This document shows, piece by piece, positions 10,801-21,308 of a stretch of DNA of 64,000 nucleotides. Made by a program: the position numbers and the translations under genes. Source of the DNA: Methanobacteriota archaeon (lineage in GTDB: Archaea; Halobacteriota; Bog-38; Methanoflorentales; Methanoflorentaceae); contig OY970393.1 of assembly GCA_963720465.1 (NCBI GenBank), positions 1,920,001-1,984,000 of the forward strand, written 5' to 3'. The notes under the pieces were generated by a model, which did no database searches, had not been told where the DNA came from, and saw only the letters and a list, made by a program, of their open reading frames with translations. Position 1 is the first letter of the stretch. Every line of letters begins with the position of its first letter.

Positions 10801-11307
10801 TCGGTCAATCCCGACCGCGCGCCGTACGTAGTCGGCGACTAACACGGAAAGCGCTTGGGCGGTTCCGCCAGCACTTCTGATGGGGCCGGAATAAAAAATT
10901 TGCAGGTAATCGGTTCGATCGTCGTTCATGCCGAGTTCCACCCTTGCGATCCCCTCAATGGGGGCGGCGACGACCCCTTCGGTCAACATCGCGACTGCGG
11001 TTCTCACTGCCTTTTCCACCACTTGGACTTTGCTCTCGTACGAGCCGAATTCGTTATTTGCAAAGCCTAGACCAATCGCGAGTGCCGCCTCCTCGCGGGA
11101 CATTGTTTTGTCAAGCTGCCGTATCCGCTGCGCCAGTCCCGGGATGCCGATAAGGTTCTCAACGCGCTCGGCAAGGTCACGAGCAGGCAGGATTTCGGGA
11201 GAAAGGGAGGGATCCTCGCCGTTTTTCCGCGCCTCTGACGCGATAGTGAAACAGGCCTCAAGCTCAGATTCTAGCCGTTCAAAATAGTGATTAATGTCCT
11301 GGATCAT
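7837..11307 (-). CDS. polC: DNA polymerase D large subunit DP2
   Basis: [40 protein letters not shown] catalytic motif, Zn fingers, C-terminal PIP-like QMGLVDFM; no intein. Confidence 0.97.
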   Translation of the reverse strand: MIQDINHYFERLESELEACFTIASEARKNGEDPSLSPEILPARDLAERVENLIGIPGLAQRIRQLDKTMSREEAALAIGLGFANNEFGSYESKVQVVEKAVRTAVAMLTEGVVAAPIEGIARVELGMNDDRTDYLQIFYSGPIRSAGGTAQALSVLVADYVRRAVGIDRYVPRDEEVERYVEEIPLYKTLVNLQYTPSASDIRTIVTNCPICVNGEGTEQEEVSGFRNLDRVKTNAVRGGMALVLAEGLAQKAPKLKKYVSQLGLDGWEWLDEIIPAKVAEEEGERSSKVKKRAGETKIAPSWTYMEDIIAGRPVFSHPSRKGGFRLRYGRARNTGFASAGINPATMVVLGEFLAPGTQLKMERPGKAAGISSVDSIEGPTVKLYNGTVVRIDSYEAALTHKNDIDEILDLGEILVNYGDFLGNNHPLIPSPYVHEWWIQDMEEAATRLNEAVPAVDVKELTASRALQLSRHFGIPLHPKFTYLWHDITLNELAQLAEVVSQTGRIAGGTPSGDAADASDMPVELIVPGDPKTQELLEALLVPHVVAEGSVVIEDAAAFITNLGLSESLSKDWFSLKSPRIKSPIDAVTLLSGIEVRKRAPSRIGGRMGRPEKSKAREMKPPPHVLFPIGNAGGRDRSLRRAAGSSKAAAERASEIDVQYLGIIDVDIGVRRCPTCLNETYQTRCECGAFAEPVTFCPTCSRDLRNGTTCPKCHRQGVSHRIQSIDLRKVYQQALIRLDETARFDRFKGVLGLISKNKTPEPIEKGVLRAKHEIFVFKDGTCRYDLTDLPTTHFTPREISVPTSKLRDLGYDVTDDDDVVELAPQDLILSQDCGEWLVRVSNFIDDLLVKYYRQPPYYEAKTKEDLIGSLVIGLAPHTSAGVLGRVIGFTPASAGFAHPFFHASKRRNCDGDEDCVVLLLDGLLNFSLSYLPDRRGGKMDAPLVLTTRIDPKEIDAEAHNLDISDHYPLEFYRATLGFEDPKRVHIATVASRLGTDAEYTGFGFTHESSSISLGPLNSTYKVLESMMDKMEAQLELARRIRAVDQRDVAERVIKTHFLPDLIGNLRAFSRQKVRCVKCNYKVRRPPISGNCPKCGGKIVLTVHEGTVTKYMARSIQIANDYGVSKYTRQRLMLLEMSVDSLFESDASKQMGLVDFM

Positions 11308-11504
11308 TGAATCATCTTGGCGAGTTCGGCGCGGAGCGCCGGCACCTGTCAGAGATGTTGTTGTCGATCCAAGTTAAGCTTTCTCTTATTCGCGCATATG
11401 CTAAAATCGCATAAGAAAAGCAGCGCCGCGCGCAGCGTCGGTGCGGTCTCGAGGCGATTAGAAATAGAGCTAAATACTTTTAGGCGTATCTTTTGCTGGT
11501 TCAA

Positions 11505-11876
11505 ATGGCGAGTATTAACATATTTAAGCTCCACGATATGTACATTTTTAAGCAGTACCTCGGCGATCCTGGGCTTTTTAAGCAGTTGGGCGATTACTAC
11601 AACGGACCCAACTATCGGTTTGAGATCTCCCCAGCAGATCTCGAGAAGGTTCAGGACATCTTGCAGGCAGCGGGTTATGACGTTAACGTGGTGGAAGATC
11701 TCACCGAGTTCCGCGTGACGATAGGGCGATTCCAGAAGCACAAGGAAATTCTCAAGAACAGCGTTGAGGTTGAGGAAGTCGGCGACGACAAGGTCTTCCT
11801 GATGAAGGATAAGGAAGCAGTCGAAATGGCGCTGAGCCAAGGCGCTGCAAAATACGAAGGAGACTTGTTTAGCTGA
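11505..11876 (+). CDS. hypothetical protein
   Basis: ATG at 11505; 123-aa ORF divergent from polC, TATA-like sequences upstream. Confidence 0.7.
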   Translation: MASINIFKLHDMYIFKQYLGDPGLFKQLGDYYNGPNYRFEISPADLEKVQDILQAAGYDVNVVEDLTEFRVTIGRFQKHKEILKNSVEVEEVGDDKVFLMKDKEAVEMALSQGAAKYEGDLFS

Positions 11877-12276
11877 TCTTTCCGCGAGCGCGTCGGATAG
11901 GGAAGAGCTACATCCAACCCCCAAGCAAAAAGGCGACAGGCCAGCTTGTTCTCCTTGCTGAAGTCGCCGCATAGAACCGATTCGCTGATTTTATCTCCTG
12001 TGTCAGTTGCTGGGCTGCCTTTTTTAACGTCTACTGAAGCTCTCGTTCTTTTGCTTGCAAGCACGAGCTTTCGCAAGCGCGTTTGGGTGATTCTGAGGTC
12101 TGGCGCGGGCGTTGCGGTCTATCCCGCGCGCGTCATGCAGACCCGTGGCGCCGCGACACGAGATTTGATGAAAGAGCAAAGCGCACGTATAATATACTTC
12201 CAAGCTTATCGCAGTCATGCCTGTGCGACAGGCACGGAATGAGGGAATCCCCGCGTGAACGGGGGGTTGATATGTT

Positions 12277-13518
12277 ATGAATTCTACGACAGATCTAGGC
12301 GAGAACGATGTCGGGCCGCTGCGGGTGTGCATGGTGACTCCTTTTCCGCCGCGCCACGACGGAATCGCAACATACTCATCTGAGCTGATTAACGCGATGG
12401 AAAGTCTTGGTCACACGGTCTACGTGATCAGTCATACTGATGAGGACGTGGGCGGACACGAATCACAGACAAACGTGTTCGGGATTATAGATATTTCGAA
12501 GCCTGACTGGGAACGCGTCATTTTTAAGAAGATAATGGATCTGAAACCAGACGTCGTACACATTCAACACGAATACGGCCTATACGCGAATATGGGAGAC
12601 TATGGGATTAGCATCATCGATTTACTCTTTCTACTTTTCGTCGCGCGTGTGCCTGCGGTGATCACGTACCATTCGGTATACAGCACGCTTGGCCGAGAAG
12701 AGGCCATCTTTACCAGCTTGAGTCTAGATACCGTTGACGCGGGCATCGTGCACGAAGAATTTCAGAAGATCTTTTTGCCGGCGAACTTAGGGAGGATACC
12801 AAACAACGTTTTCGTTATCCCGCACGGGGCAAAGACTGCGGTCGCGGAAGACGTCCCCGACGAACGAGAGGCGAAGAGACAGTTCGGATACGAAGGCAAA
12901 AAAGTCGTTTTGTGTATCGGGTGGTGGGAACCAAACAAGCGGTTCGAAGACGTGGTGGCCATATGGCCTGGGGTGCTCGACAAAGCCAAGAATGCGGTTC
13001 TCGTTATTGCGGGCGACGCAAGACCGGGGTCTCCTAGTGGGCTCTATTACAAGCCGAAGCTGCTCGAGGCCATTTCAGAATCCCCGGTTAAGGACAATAT
13101 ACGGGTTATCACCGGGGCTTTCACGCCGAGAGAATACGACTCACTACTCAACTTGGCGGATTTCATCGTACTGCCGTATGATCGAGCGTCGCAGAGCGGG
13201 AATCTTGCACACGCGTTTGCGCTGGGAAAGCCTGCGGTGGTAACGGCGGTCGAAGGCCTCAAGGCGGAAGTCGAAGCAAGTCAAGCGGGCGCAACCGTCC
13301 CACTCGGATCGCTTGAAGATTTAAAGGCTGCTATACTCTTACTTCTCAGAAATAACGAGTTGAGAGAGCTTTTCTCTAAGCGAGCGCTTGAGTACGTGCA
13401 GAAAAAGATCGGGTGGTCTATCGTCGCAAAAAAACATATCCTTCTTTATGAAATTGCCATGCAGAAGGAAAGGATGAAAGTCACTCCTGCGTCAGGACTT
13501 GACGTAAGCCGCGGCTAG
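12277..13518 (+). CDS. glycosyltransferase family 4
   Basis: PFPPRHDGIATYS, PDVVHIQHEYG, VIPHG, LPY..ASQSG..AHAFALGKP. Confidence 0.9.
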   Translation: MNSTTDLGENDVGPLRVCMVTPFPPRHDGIATYSSELINAMESLGHTVYVISHTDEDVGGHESQTNVFGIIDISKPDWERVIFKKIMDLKPDVVHIQHEYGLYANMGDYGISIIDLLFLLFVARVPAVITYHSVYSTLGREEAIFTSLSLDTVDAGIVHEEFQKIFLPANLGRIPNNVFVIPHGAKTAVAEDVPDEREAKRQFGYEGKKVVLCIGWWEPNKRFEDVVAIWPGVLDKAKNAVLVIAGDARPGSPSGLYYKPKLLEAISESPVKDNIRVITGAFTPREYDSLLNLADFIVLPYDRASQSGNLAHAFALGKPAVVTAVEGLKAEVEASQAGATVPLGSLEDLKAAILLLLRNNELRELFSKRALEYVQKKIGWSIVAKKHILLYEIAMQKERMKVTPASGLDVSRG

Positions 13519-13675
13519 GGCCGTTGATCTTGAACTTCGCGGCGTGACGACGAAGAAACAATCGATGCAGGCTCAAAAGCCAGCAATAGCTCTTCGCGCG
13601 GGCTGACGAAAGATATATACGCTTTATTACTGTAGTAAGGCGTAATCGCCGCCGAACCAGAGGCGCTGAGGTTTT

Positions 13676-15451
13676 ATGCCAATTTCCCCCGATGACATAA
13701 CGATAACGAGTTTTCCGAAGCTGTTCGAGCAGATAGTAGACGACAAGCAAAAGGTCGGTTTGAATCCTATCCAGAACAATCCACCGGATTTGTTGGAGCG
13801 CGCAAAACTCTACGGAACGCAGTTTAGAAATGGGTCGTGGAACTGGGCATCAAACATCTGGAACAGAAGCGCCGCAGGCAGCGTCGTAGTTGAGCGTGAA
13901 GATGACCTGCGCGTGGAGCACCGACTGTTGATGCTTCGCGTGCTGGAGCACATTCTTGACCAGCCGATGATTCAGGCAGACGCAACGCTCGGGCAAAAAG
14001 GTTCAAAAGGAGAGATGAAATGCCGGCTCTACTGCGACGCGCAATTTCCTGACGTCGCATACCGCTGGCAAGCGGTCAATTTCCCAGGAGATCCGGACGC
14101 ACAGCCTGACGCGCAGCTTTTTATGATCCCCCACTATCTTGAGAACCCCAACGTGCCAGGTAAAAACGAGATGCTGAAGGTCATCCGTTTTCCCTTCCAC
14201 AACTACACCATCGTCGCCGCATCGTCGTACATGGGAGAAGCGAAGAAGGGATTCCTTTCGCACTGGATTTATGAGATCTACAAGAGAGGGGGGACGGGCG
14301 AGCACGCTTCGCTCAAGGAGTTTACGGTCAAACGCGTTGACGGCACAAGCAAGAACATAGTGATGTCGGTCTGGGGACTGACCGGCAGCGGAAAATCCAC
14401 TCACGGGCACTACGTCTACGACGAGAAGATCGCGCAGATCTACATCGACAAATTTGGAATCAACCCACTCGAGTTCATTTCTACCCAACTCATTCGAAAT
14501 GACGACGTGGTCGCGGTATTTGAGGACTGCGTTGTCAGCCCCGAACGCGGCTGCTGGACGAAAACAGAGGATGTCGACGTAACGCAGCACGCCATCTACA
14601 ACGCCGGAACGTCGCCGAACGCGCTCCACGAAAACACGGAATGGGACGAGCACGGCGACGTGAGTTTCCGTGGCGAGATACTTCAATATCACGGAAAACT
14701 GAATCAAAACGCGCGGAGCATCATCTTCTTGGAAGACACCGGCTACTTCGACGGAAATGTCGACTCATCCGGACCGCTCAACATGGCCGTGTTCATCAGC
14801 CCCGGATATATCTCGGACTATGCCTGGGTGAAGCTGAACGATCCTGCGTTCGCCGCCAAGGTGCTTGCAGACGGCAGAACGATCGGCCACCCCGCGCAAG
14901 GTCGAGAAGGCGTCGGCGGCGAGAAGTATGAATCGAGGTATTGTCTGCCGTTCACGATGGGCGTCGGGAACGCCGCCCACACCCACCGGTTCTACGAGTT
15001 TATGAAGGAAAGGGCGAAAACTGATAATCCAATCGAATCGTATCTCATCAACACGACCGGCCGCGTCGGTGCCAGGTACGTCTGGGCCGATACACACCTT
15101 GGCGACGAACCCATCTGGCTCGCAAAGACACTGTTTGAAGAAGTGGACGGCAAAAAAAAGCCTGTAGGGGGGACCGGCCCGACCATCGAAGAGACGCAGG
15201 TGTTCTTGATCCAAGCGGCGCGTGGTGCAGTTGACTACGAGCCACATCCGCTGTGGGGCGATAAAGTGCTTGTCCCGACGCGAGTGGAGGGACTGCCAGA
15301 AGAACGCTTAAAGCAACTCGATCCGTTTACGTATAGGACCGCTGAAGAGATGGAGGCGCTGCTCAGGCAGCAGATTGCTCAGAGTAAGTACTATTTGAAA
15401 GCCCAGTGCGCGCGGCTTAACAAACGGATCCTGACTGCAATGGACTTCTAG
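13676..15451 (+). CDS. phosphoenolpyruvate carboxykinase (ATP)-like protein
   Basis: YMGEAKKG, HAS, GLTGSGKST P-loop, NDD, ERGCWTKT, EN, NAR, YLINTTG. Confidence 0.75.
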   Translation: MPISPDDITITSFPKLFEQIVDDKQKVGLNPIQNNPPDLLERAKLYGTQFRNGSWNWASNIWNRSAAGSVVVEREDDLRVEHRLLMLRVLEHILDQPMIQADATLGQKGSKGEMKCRLYCDAQFPDVAYRWQAVNFPGDPDAQPDAQLFMIPHYLENPNVPGKNEMLKVIRFPFHNYTIVAASSYMGEAKKGFLSHWIYEIYKRGGTGEHASLKEFTVKRVDGTSKNIVMSVWGLTGSGKSTHGHYVYDEKIAQIYIDKFGINPLEFISTQLIRNDDVVAVFEDCVVSPERGCWTKTEDVDVTQHAIYNAGTSPNALHENTEWDEHGDVSFRGEILQYHGKLNQNARSIIFLEDTGYFDGNVDSSGPLNMAVFISPGYISDYAWVKLNDPAFAAKVLADGRTIGHPAQGREGVGGEKYESRYCLPFTMGVGNAAHTHRFYEFMKERAKTDNPIESYLINTTGRVGARYVWADTHLGDEPIWLAKTLFEEVDGKKKPVGGTGPTIEETQVFLIQAARGAVDYEPHPLWGDKVLVPTRVEGLPEERLKQLDPFTYRTAEEMEALLRQQIAQSKYYLKAQCARLNKRILTAMDF

Positions 15452-15790
15452 AGGCCGCCGCCCGATCAAAAAGACCTTGTGCGATCACTAAAGCGGTCGG
15501 TCTCCGCGCCATCATCATCAGATTTTACCTTGAAATCGTCAACGCGTTAGAGTTCCCGCGCAAAAATGATCAGTCAGGCGATCACTCGGCCGCTGAAAAA
15601 TCGCTGCAGCGATTTAGCATTTCTGGACTGTCGCCAGCCTTTCTTCTTCGACTGGCGGATCCAAGCATCTGCGGAAATCACAACTCAATTTCCATTTTTC
15701 ATATCGGACGTTGGAGTATTCTGATTCGGTTTTTGAGTTAAACCCAATCACAAGCTTTATTGCCTTGTTGCGATATCTTAGATCGAGTTT

Positions 15791-16180
15791 ATGACTGATA
15801 CAAAGTTCTGTAAGTCATGTGGGACGACCCCAAGTCCCTCCGCGCGTTTCTGCAGAGAATGCGGAGCTGTTTTGGCCGAAGAGCCCAGCGTCGATCAGAG
15901 TGCATCGACCGCAAAGGAGCAAGTCAACGAAGGCATTGCTCTGTACCGACAAGGTGACTATCAAGGCGCCTTGGGTAAGTTTGGGAAGGCAACCGAAGCC
16001 GATCCGACGCTCGCAGCGGCCTGGAGTGACAAAGGCTGCGCCTTGGGGCGTCTTGGCGAGCGCGACGCGGCTTTGGAGGCGTTCAACAAGGCGCTTGAGA
16101 TCGACCCAGACAATCGAGAAGCTCGCGAAGGCAAGGATCTGTGTCTGCGCATGCTTGGTTTTTCTCAGGAAGCAAGCTGA
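15791..16180 (+). CDS. zinc-ribbon plus tetratricopeptide repeat protein
   Basis: FCKSCG...ARFCRECG ribbon followed by TPR motifs (AWSDKGCAL, ALEIDP). Confidence 0.85.
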   Translation: MTDTKFCKSCGTTPSPSARFCRECGAVLAEEPSVDQSASTAKEQVNEGIALYRQGDYQGALGKFGKATEADPTLAAAWSDKGCALGRLGERDAALEAFNKALEIDPDNREAREGKDLCLRMLGFSQEAS

Positions 16181-16569
16181 GAACCACCGCTCGGCGGGAC
16201 TTTACGTCGCGCGACGTTAATCCGGGCTGGGCGAGCTTGGGCTTGCTACTATTTCGTTCGGGTGTTTGGCTAGCTGCTGTTACGTTCCCGAGAAGCAGGC
16301 CGAGCACAGGTCGATAAGAGATCTCTGCTGAGAGCGATCTCTGTGGCCCAGACGTGCGGACTAAGGTCTTTACGGCAAGCCCCTAGCTCCCGATTTTCTC
16401 GAGCCCCTTCTTTCTTGGCATCTCGTGGACGGGAGTGCTCGCTCTTTTTTGATTGCTGGTTCAAGCGAAGTCAACGTAATTCAAAAGGTATACGATCTTC
16501 TACAATTAGTTTGAATAGGCGGCGCATCGCTTTATCGAGAACGCGGATCGTTTGAAGGGGTAGGCAGCA

Positions 16570-17682
16570 GTGAGGATATTTGACAGCAAACCTGACATTG
16601 CAAAAATGCTCGCTAACGGCGACGTCGAAAACTTAGCGCGCACGGTAGAAATCGGTGGTCCAGATTTCGATCACGACGAGAATACGCGCAGGGAAGCCGT
16701 TGACGCGCTTGGCAGTCTAGCCGATCAAAGAGCTGTTGACCCTCTGATTGGGGCGTTGCAAGACGAAAATGAGCGTGTACGCTTGAGTGCTGTAGCCGCG
16801 CTTAAGAGGCACGCAGCGTTTGGCCCCCTCGTCAACGCGATGCACGTGAATGATAGCAGGGTGCGTCGAGCCGCCGCCGAAGCCCTCGGCCAGCTCGGCA
16901 ACCCCCGCGCCGTGCAACCCCTCACAGAGATGTTAGCAGATGACGATCGGCGTGTTCGGGCCGCCTCAGTCGAGGCGTTGGCAAAGCTCGGCGAACCATC
17001 CATAGACCCTGTGATCCGTGAGCTCCAGGTGACAAATAGCCAGGCGCGTCGAGCCGCCGCCGAAGCCCTCGGCCAGCTCGGCAACCCCCGCGCCGTTTTG
17101 CCGCTTATAGCCTCCCTCAAGGATCAGGACTGGCACGTCAGCTTTGCTGCCGCGTGTGCGCTTAAGCAGCTTAACGATCCACGCGCATTAGAGCCGTTCA
17201 TAGAAGTGCTGAGCGACGGAGCGACGGACGTGCGACGGGTCGCCGCCGAAGCCCTCGGCCAGCTCGGCAACCCCCGCGCCGTTGAGCCGCTCGTCCGCAT
17301 GCTATACGCCGAAAACAGTGACGTGCGACGGGTCGCTGCCGAAGCCCTCGGCCAGCTCGGTAACCCCCGCGCCGTTGAGCCGCTCGTTGAAGCGCTGACT
17401 GATAGCTATAAAAACGTGCGCGAAGTTGCCGCCTGGGCGCTCGGTCAACTGAGCAACACACAAGCCGTAGAGCCCCTCATAAAGGCGCTGGAAGATCCAT
17501 ACAGCGATGTGCGCGAAGTTGCCGCCTGGGCGCTCGGTCAACTCGGAGACTCTCGGGCGTTGAACCCCCTTAACGAAGCGCTGAAGGATAACAGTCAGCG
17601 CGTGCAAAAAGCCGCTGCACACGCTCTCAAGAAAATCGCCAGCAAATCCTCGCATGACAAACACTCGATTACCGTAACTTAA
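16570..17682 (+). CDS. HEAT repeat (PBS lyase-like) protein
   Basis: about ten VRRxAAEALGQLGNPRAVEPL-type repeats. Confidence 0.9.
   Translation: MRIFDSKPDIAKMLANGDVENLARTVEIGGPDFDHDENTRREAVDALGSLADQRAVDPLIGALQDENERVRLSAVAALKRHAAFGPLVNAMHVNDSRVRRAAAEALGQLGNPRAVQPLTEMLADDDRRVRAASVEALAKLGEPSIDPVIRELQVTNSQARRAAAEALGQLGNPRAVLPLIASLKDQDWHVSFAAACALKQLNDPRALEPFIEVLSDGATDVRRVAAEALGQLGNPRAVEPLVRMLYAENSDVRRVAAEALGQLGNPRAVEPLVEALTDSYKNVREVAAWALGQLSNTQAVEPLIKALEDPYSDVREVAAWALGQLGDSRALNPLNEALKDNSQRVQKAAAHALKKIASKSSHDKHSITVT
16873..17543 (+). repeat. near-identical DNA repeats inside the HEAT gene
   Basis: GCCGCCGAAGCCCTCGGCCAGCTCGGCAACCCCCGCGCCGT at ~16873, 17056, 17242 and 17335 (2 changes); GTGCGCGAAGTTGCCGCCTGGGCGCTCGGTCAACT at ~17416 and 17509. 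Confidence 0.9.
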
Positions 17683-17879
17683 CCTGCCTCGAATCAGAGC
17701 TGCGCGTAGTTGCCGCCCAAGCTTTCCAGGAACGGAGCCCCTAGCAAGGCTGATTCCAGGTGCTCGTGCAACGACAGAGCGGCGCCCGAGGGCTAGCCGG
17801 CTACCGCGTGCATGCGATTGAGCGCGAGCCCATAAGTTTCGGGCTTAGGAGCTATACGCGTAACAAGACAGCTTCGCGC

Positions 17880-19172
17880 TTAGTTCGCACTCAATATACG
17901 CCGTTTTGACAGGAGATAGAAGGCCGCTATCAGATAAGCGAAGATGAGTGTGATTGCCGCACCTAGAATGCCAATCAGTGGAATCAGAACCACGTCAAAA
18001 CCGACGAGCACAATGAGCGCGATAACACTGCTGAGGGTGTTCACTTTGGCTCCGCGCGTACCTTCTGAAGCCATAAGCCAGCTAAGAGCTTGATAAAAAA
18101 AGGCCGCTATTGCGGCAATAGCAAAAACGAGCGCAAGTTCCCAGCTGAACGGATACTGGCGCCCATAAAGAAAGAAGATTATCCACTCTAACACAAGCAC
18201 TAATGGCGCGATCGTGGCAGCAAGGTACGGCGTTGCCTTGTTTACGCGCCCTAGAATGGCCAGCTTATCTTTGCTCTTGGACGCATAAGGGAAAAAAGCG
18301 GCGTTAATGATCATCCAAAGCATGACAGCTACAGTTATTGATGGCATGAAATACGCGTTGTAAATTCCTACATCCGCAGTCGTCATGAACTTGTTGATGA
18401 GTATTCTGTCGACGCCCATGAAGGTAGCTGCCACACCTCCCGGGAGGGCAAGAACCGCGTAATGCATGATATTTTTCGCCCAGGACGGGTCAAATCGAAG
18501 CTTTATGTATTCTCTGAGATAAATGACCAAAATGAAGCCGATTACTGCGTAGGATAGGAAATACGAGTACGATGCCGATTCCCACGACTCCATGTCCCTG
18601 CTGATGAATGTGAAAAACACAACAAGCAGTACGACCGATTGAGCGGCAGTCAGAAGTGCATACGCTCTCATTTTGAAGAAGATTCTGAGTGAATTTGTGG
18701 TAAACTGATAGAACGCAGAAGTAACGGCGAGAAAAAGGGCGAAAAAGAAAACGTCTGCTGGTACTCCAAACAAGTAAGATAGCGGCGCAGAAAAAAGTAC
18801 GTAGGCGCATATCGAGGCTGCAGTCAATAGTGCTAACAGAATGTACGACGTGGAGATGATGCTGACCTGTGCAAAACCATCCTGCACTTCTGAACCATAT
18901 TTGATCATCGGCGTAGAAGTTGCTATCATTGAGATGGTGAGAATAGTGCCAACTGTCGTGACAAGTCCGAGAACGCCAAAATCGCTTGGTCCCAGTACCC
19001 GTGCCGCAATGATGCTGAAGGCGAGCGTGAATAAGGCTCCGACCAGCGTCCCAATCCCCACGTACGAGGTACCTAAGACGAACGTCCGCGCTTGGGCGTC
19101 CATTTTCTCCTTAAAAATTAGCTCATAGGGCGCACTGAGCAAACGCAAGCCAAGTTCCTTGAGCGACATCAC
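17880..19172 (-). CDS. oligosaccharide flippase (Wzx/MOP family)
   Basis: ARVLGPSDFG, DRILI..F...DVGIY, LIPLIGILGAAI; many transmembrane segments. Confidence 0.88.
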   Translation of the reverse strand: MMSLKELGLRLLSAPYELIFKEKMDAQARTFVLGTSYVGIGTLVGALFTLAFSIIAARVLGPSDFGVLGLVTTVGTILTISMIATSTPMIKYGSEVQDGFAQVSIISTSYILLALLTAASICAYVLFSAPLSYLFGVPADVFFFALFLAVTSAFYQFTTNSLRIFFKMRAYALLTAAQSVVLLVVFFTFISRDMESWESASYSYFLSYAVIGFILVIYLREYIKLRFDPSWAKNIMHYAVLALPGGVAATFMGVDRILINKFMTTADVGIYNAYFMPSITVAVMLWMIINAAFFPYASKSKDKLAILGRVNKATPYLAATIAPLVLVLEWIIFFLYGRQYPFSWELALVFAIAAIAAFFYQALSWLMASEGTRGAKVNTLSSVIALIVLVGFDVVLIPLIGILGAAITLIFAYLIAAFYLLSKRRILSAN

Positions 19173-19260
19173 GGGGTAAACCTAGGTGGAAGTAATTGCG
19201 AATTTATATATAAGTTCCATTGGTACAGTCAGCACTCGCACTCTCTATCTAGTGAGCTGT

Positions 19261-19803
19261 ATTTCAGAGATCTGTCTCTCGCAATGGTTCAGATTCTACA
19301 GGCACGCGAAAAAATTGGGCGTTTTTAAAGATGCTCGTTTTTCCAAGAAGATTCAGCTATAGGATTATAAGAAGTGGGAGGAGCGATTTCTCGATCATCC
19401 GAACGCAGCTTCGGCTCAAGACATTCATCAGAATTAAGGGGACTATGTTTTCCGCTGCGATTTCCACGAGCTCACACAACTTATTAATATAAAACCTGAA
19501 GTCGGGAGCTGCTACATTCGAAGCACCTGTGAACCATTCGACGAGGATAGTGAACTCGACGAAGAAAAAGTGAAAAACTCGTTGAGGCACTTCAACCTAC
19601 GCCCGTACACCCAAATTCATGCATCTGGACACTTGGGCTACGACGAAATTAAAAAGCTCATAGAAACAGTGAAGCCAAAAATAGTGTTCCCCGTCCATAC
19701 GCAAAACCCGGAAATGTTCCTCAGTTTGCACGATAACGTGATCACCCCTCAAGGGGAGTTGAGTATACATTACAGCCAGTCAGCGAGCTCACTCGGCTTT
19801 TAA
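19261..19803 (+). pseudogene. 5'-truncated RNase J-like (MBL/beta-CASP) gene remnant
   Basis: One frame reads ...QL*DYKKWEERFLDHPN...HQN*GDYVFRCDF...YIRSTCEPFDED...QIHASGH...VKPKIVFPVHT; in-frame stops at 19360 and 19435; no MBL N-terminus; left boundary approximate. Confidence 0.75.
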
Positions 19804-20093
19804 ATCTTAATCGCTTCTGTCTCTGTCCGTAAAAACAAAGATAAATATGGGCTTTCGAGAGCTCTGTAGGACCAAGAATAGTAATTAGTCTTTTCTTGAC
19901 AGACGGCGATGTTTCCAAGGTGCGAAACTGAGCACTACTCTTCGCCTCGTGAACCTATACAAGTCGCAAAACTATTTTAACAATTACCTCTCTTATTTTT
20001 AGCAGAGTCCTGCTAGCTGCTGCTGTTCAGAATTCGCATATTATTCGTGCTGGCGCAGCGTTTACTCTGCCGTGAAAGGGAAATCTTCAAAGT

Positions 20094-21308
20094 GTGAATC
20101 TGTCATTGAAAGAGGTGCTCGCGATCAGAACTGGATTAAGATTTGTACATCTCAGCGACAGTCACTTAGGTTACAGGCAATATGGATTAAAACAACGTTT
20201 GCAAGATTGGAGTCATGCAACACAAGAAATTATCAACTACGCCGTCGAGAACAAAGTTGATTTTGTTCTGCATAGCGGCGACCTCTTCAACTCAAATTTG
20301 GTTGACCATACCACTCTCATTCATGCCATCAAAATACTGAATCCATTAAAAGAAGCCGAGATTCCATTTTTCGTAATAGATGGAAATCACGATAGGAGAA
20401 AAGGCTCTCAGAGCGACACAGCTAATGACGTACTCCAGCACTTGGAATTGTGCGACTATCTTGCCCCAGAAGGCGATAATCTCGATAATGCGATTAGACA
20501 AGTCGGCGAAACAAATATCATAGGACTTGGGTATCACGGCATCTATCTGCGGTCAAAAATTGAGAATTTTTTCAAACAAATGCCGGATGCACTTAATATC
20601 ATATTGTTGCACGCTGCTGTTGAGCATCATATTGCTGAAGGGCATCCAGATATTACATTGTCAGAGCTTGAAATGCTCAGACCAAGAGCTGCGTATTTGG
20701 CGCTCGGACACTCTCACAACAAGTTTAAGATAAGTGACTGGATTTTCAATCCAGGCAGCCCAGAATACTACAGATTTTCTGATCAAGACAACAAAAGGAT
20801 CTTTTATGATGTGGTGTTAGAAGACGGGAAAGCCGAGGTTTCGGAAATCGAAGTTCGTAGCGCTCGCCGCATGTTTGGTCTCAACGTCGAGCTATCTAGT
20901 ACCGATCAAGCGACCGAAAAGACCCTTGAATTGTTAGACAGGGAAAATGCGGACAATCAAATTGCCGACTCTCTTGTAAGAGTTGTGTTTGGAGGACAAG
21001 CCCCTACCGATCTGAGTTTGACCGAGTTAAAAGCAGCAATTGAGGTCCGCTACTCACCACTTTACTGTTTGGTAATAGACAATACTTCGCGTCAGGAAGA
21101 CGCATTTTCTGAAATTGAGGGTTCAATGGATGAATTCGAACTCAAAATGTTTCAACACACTTTTTCCGGTTATGATGAAGAAGCGCTAGAAGTTGCTACG
21201 TTTGCGAGAGGCATAATGAGAGAGATTATCGACATAAGCCCTGCAAGTGCCGAAGATGCCGAAATGATAGCGCAGCAAGTCTCTAGTTTCCGAAGAGATA
21301 ACATATGA
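20094..21308 (+). CDS. mre11: Mre11/SbcD DNA repair nuclease
   Basis: HLSDSHLG, GDLF, GNHD, LH, GHSH, NPGSPE phosphoesterase motifs; start codon uncertain. Confidence 0.92.
   Translation: MNLSLKEVLAIRTGLRFVHLSDSHLGYRQYGLKQRLQDWSHATQEIINYAVENKVDFVLHSGDLFNSNLVDHTTLIHAIKILNPLKEAEIPFFVIDGNHDRRKGSQSDTANDVLQHLELCDYLAPEGDNLDNAIRQVGETNIIGLGYHGIYLRSKIENFFKQMPDALNIILLHAAVEHHIAEGHPDITLSELEMLRPRAAYLALGHSHNKFKISDWIFNPGSPEYYRFSDQDNKRIFYDVVLEDGKAEVSEIEVRSARRMFGLNVELSSTDQATEKTLELLDRENADNQIADSLVRVVFGGQAPTDLSLTELKAAIEVRYSPLYCLVIDNTSRQEDAFSEIEGSMDEFELKMFQHTFSGYDEEALEVATFARGIMREIIDISPASAEDAEMIAQQVSSFRRDNI

Noticed and set aside
7837-11307. Intein in DP2
   Set aside because: 1156 aa with contiguous [13 protein letters not shown]; no splicing or LAGLIDADG motifs
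11349-12242. Overlapping ORFs 11349-11972, 11675-12076 and 11946-12242
   Set aside because: Antisense or alternative-frame ORFs without motifs; the same applies to most short ORFs nested in larger genes
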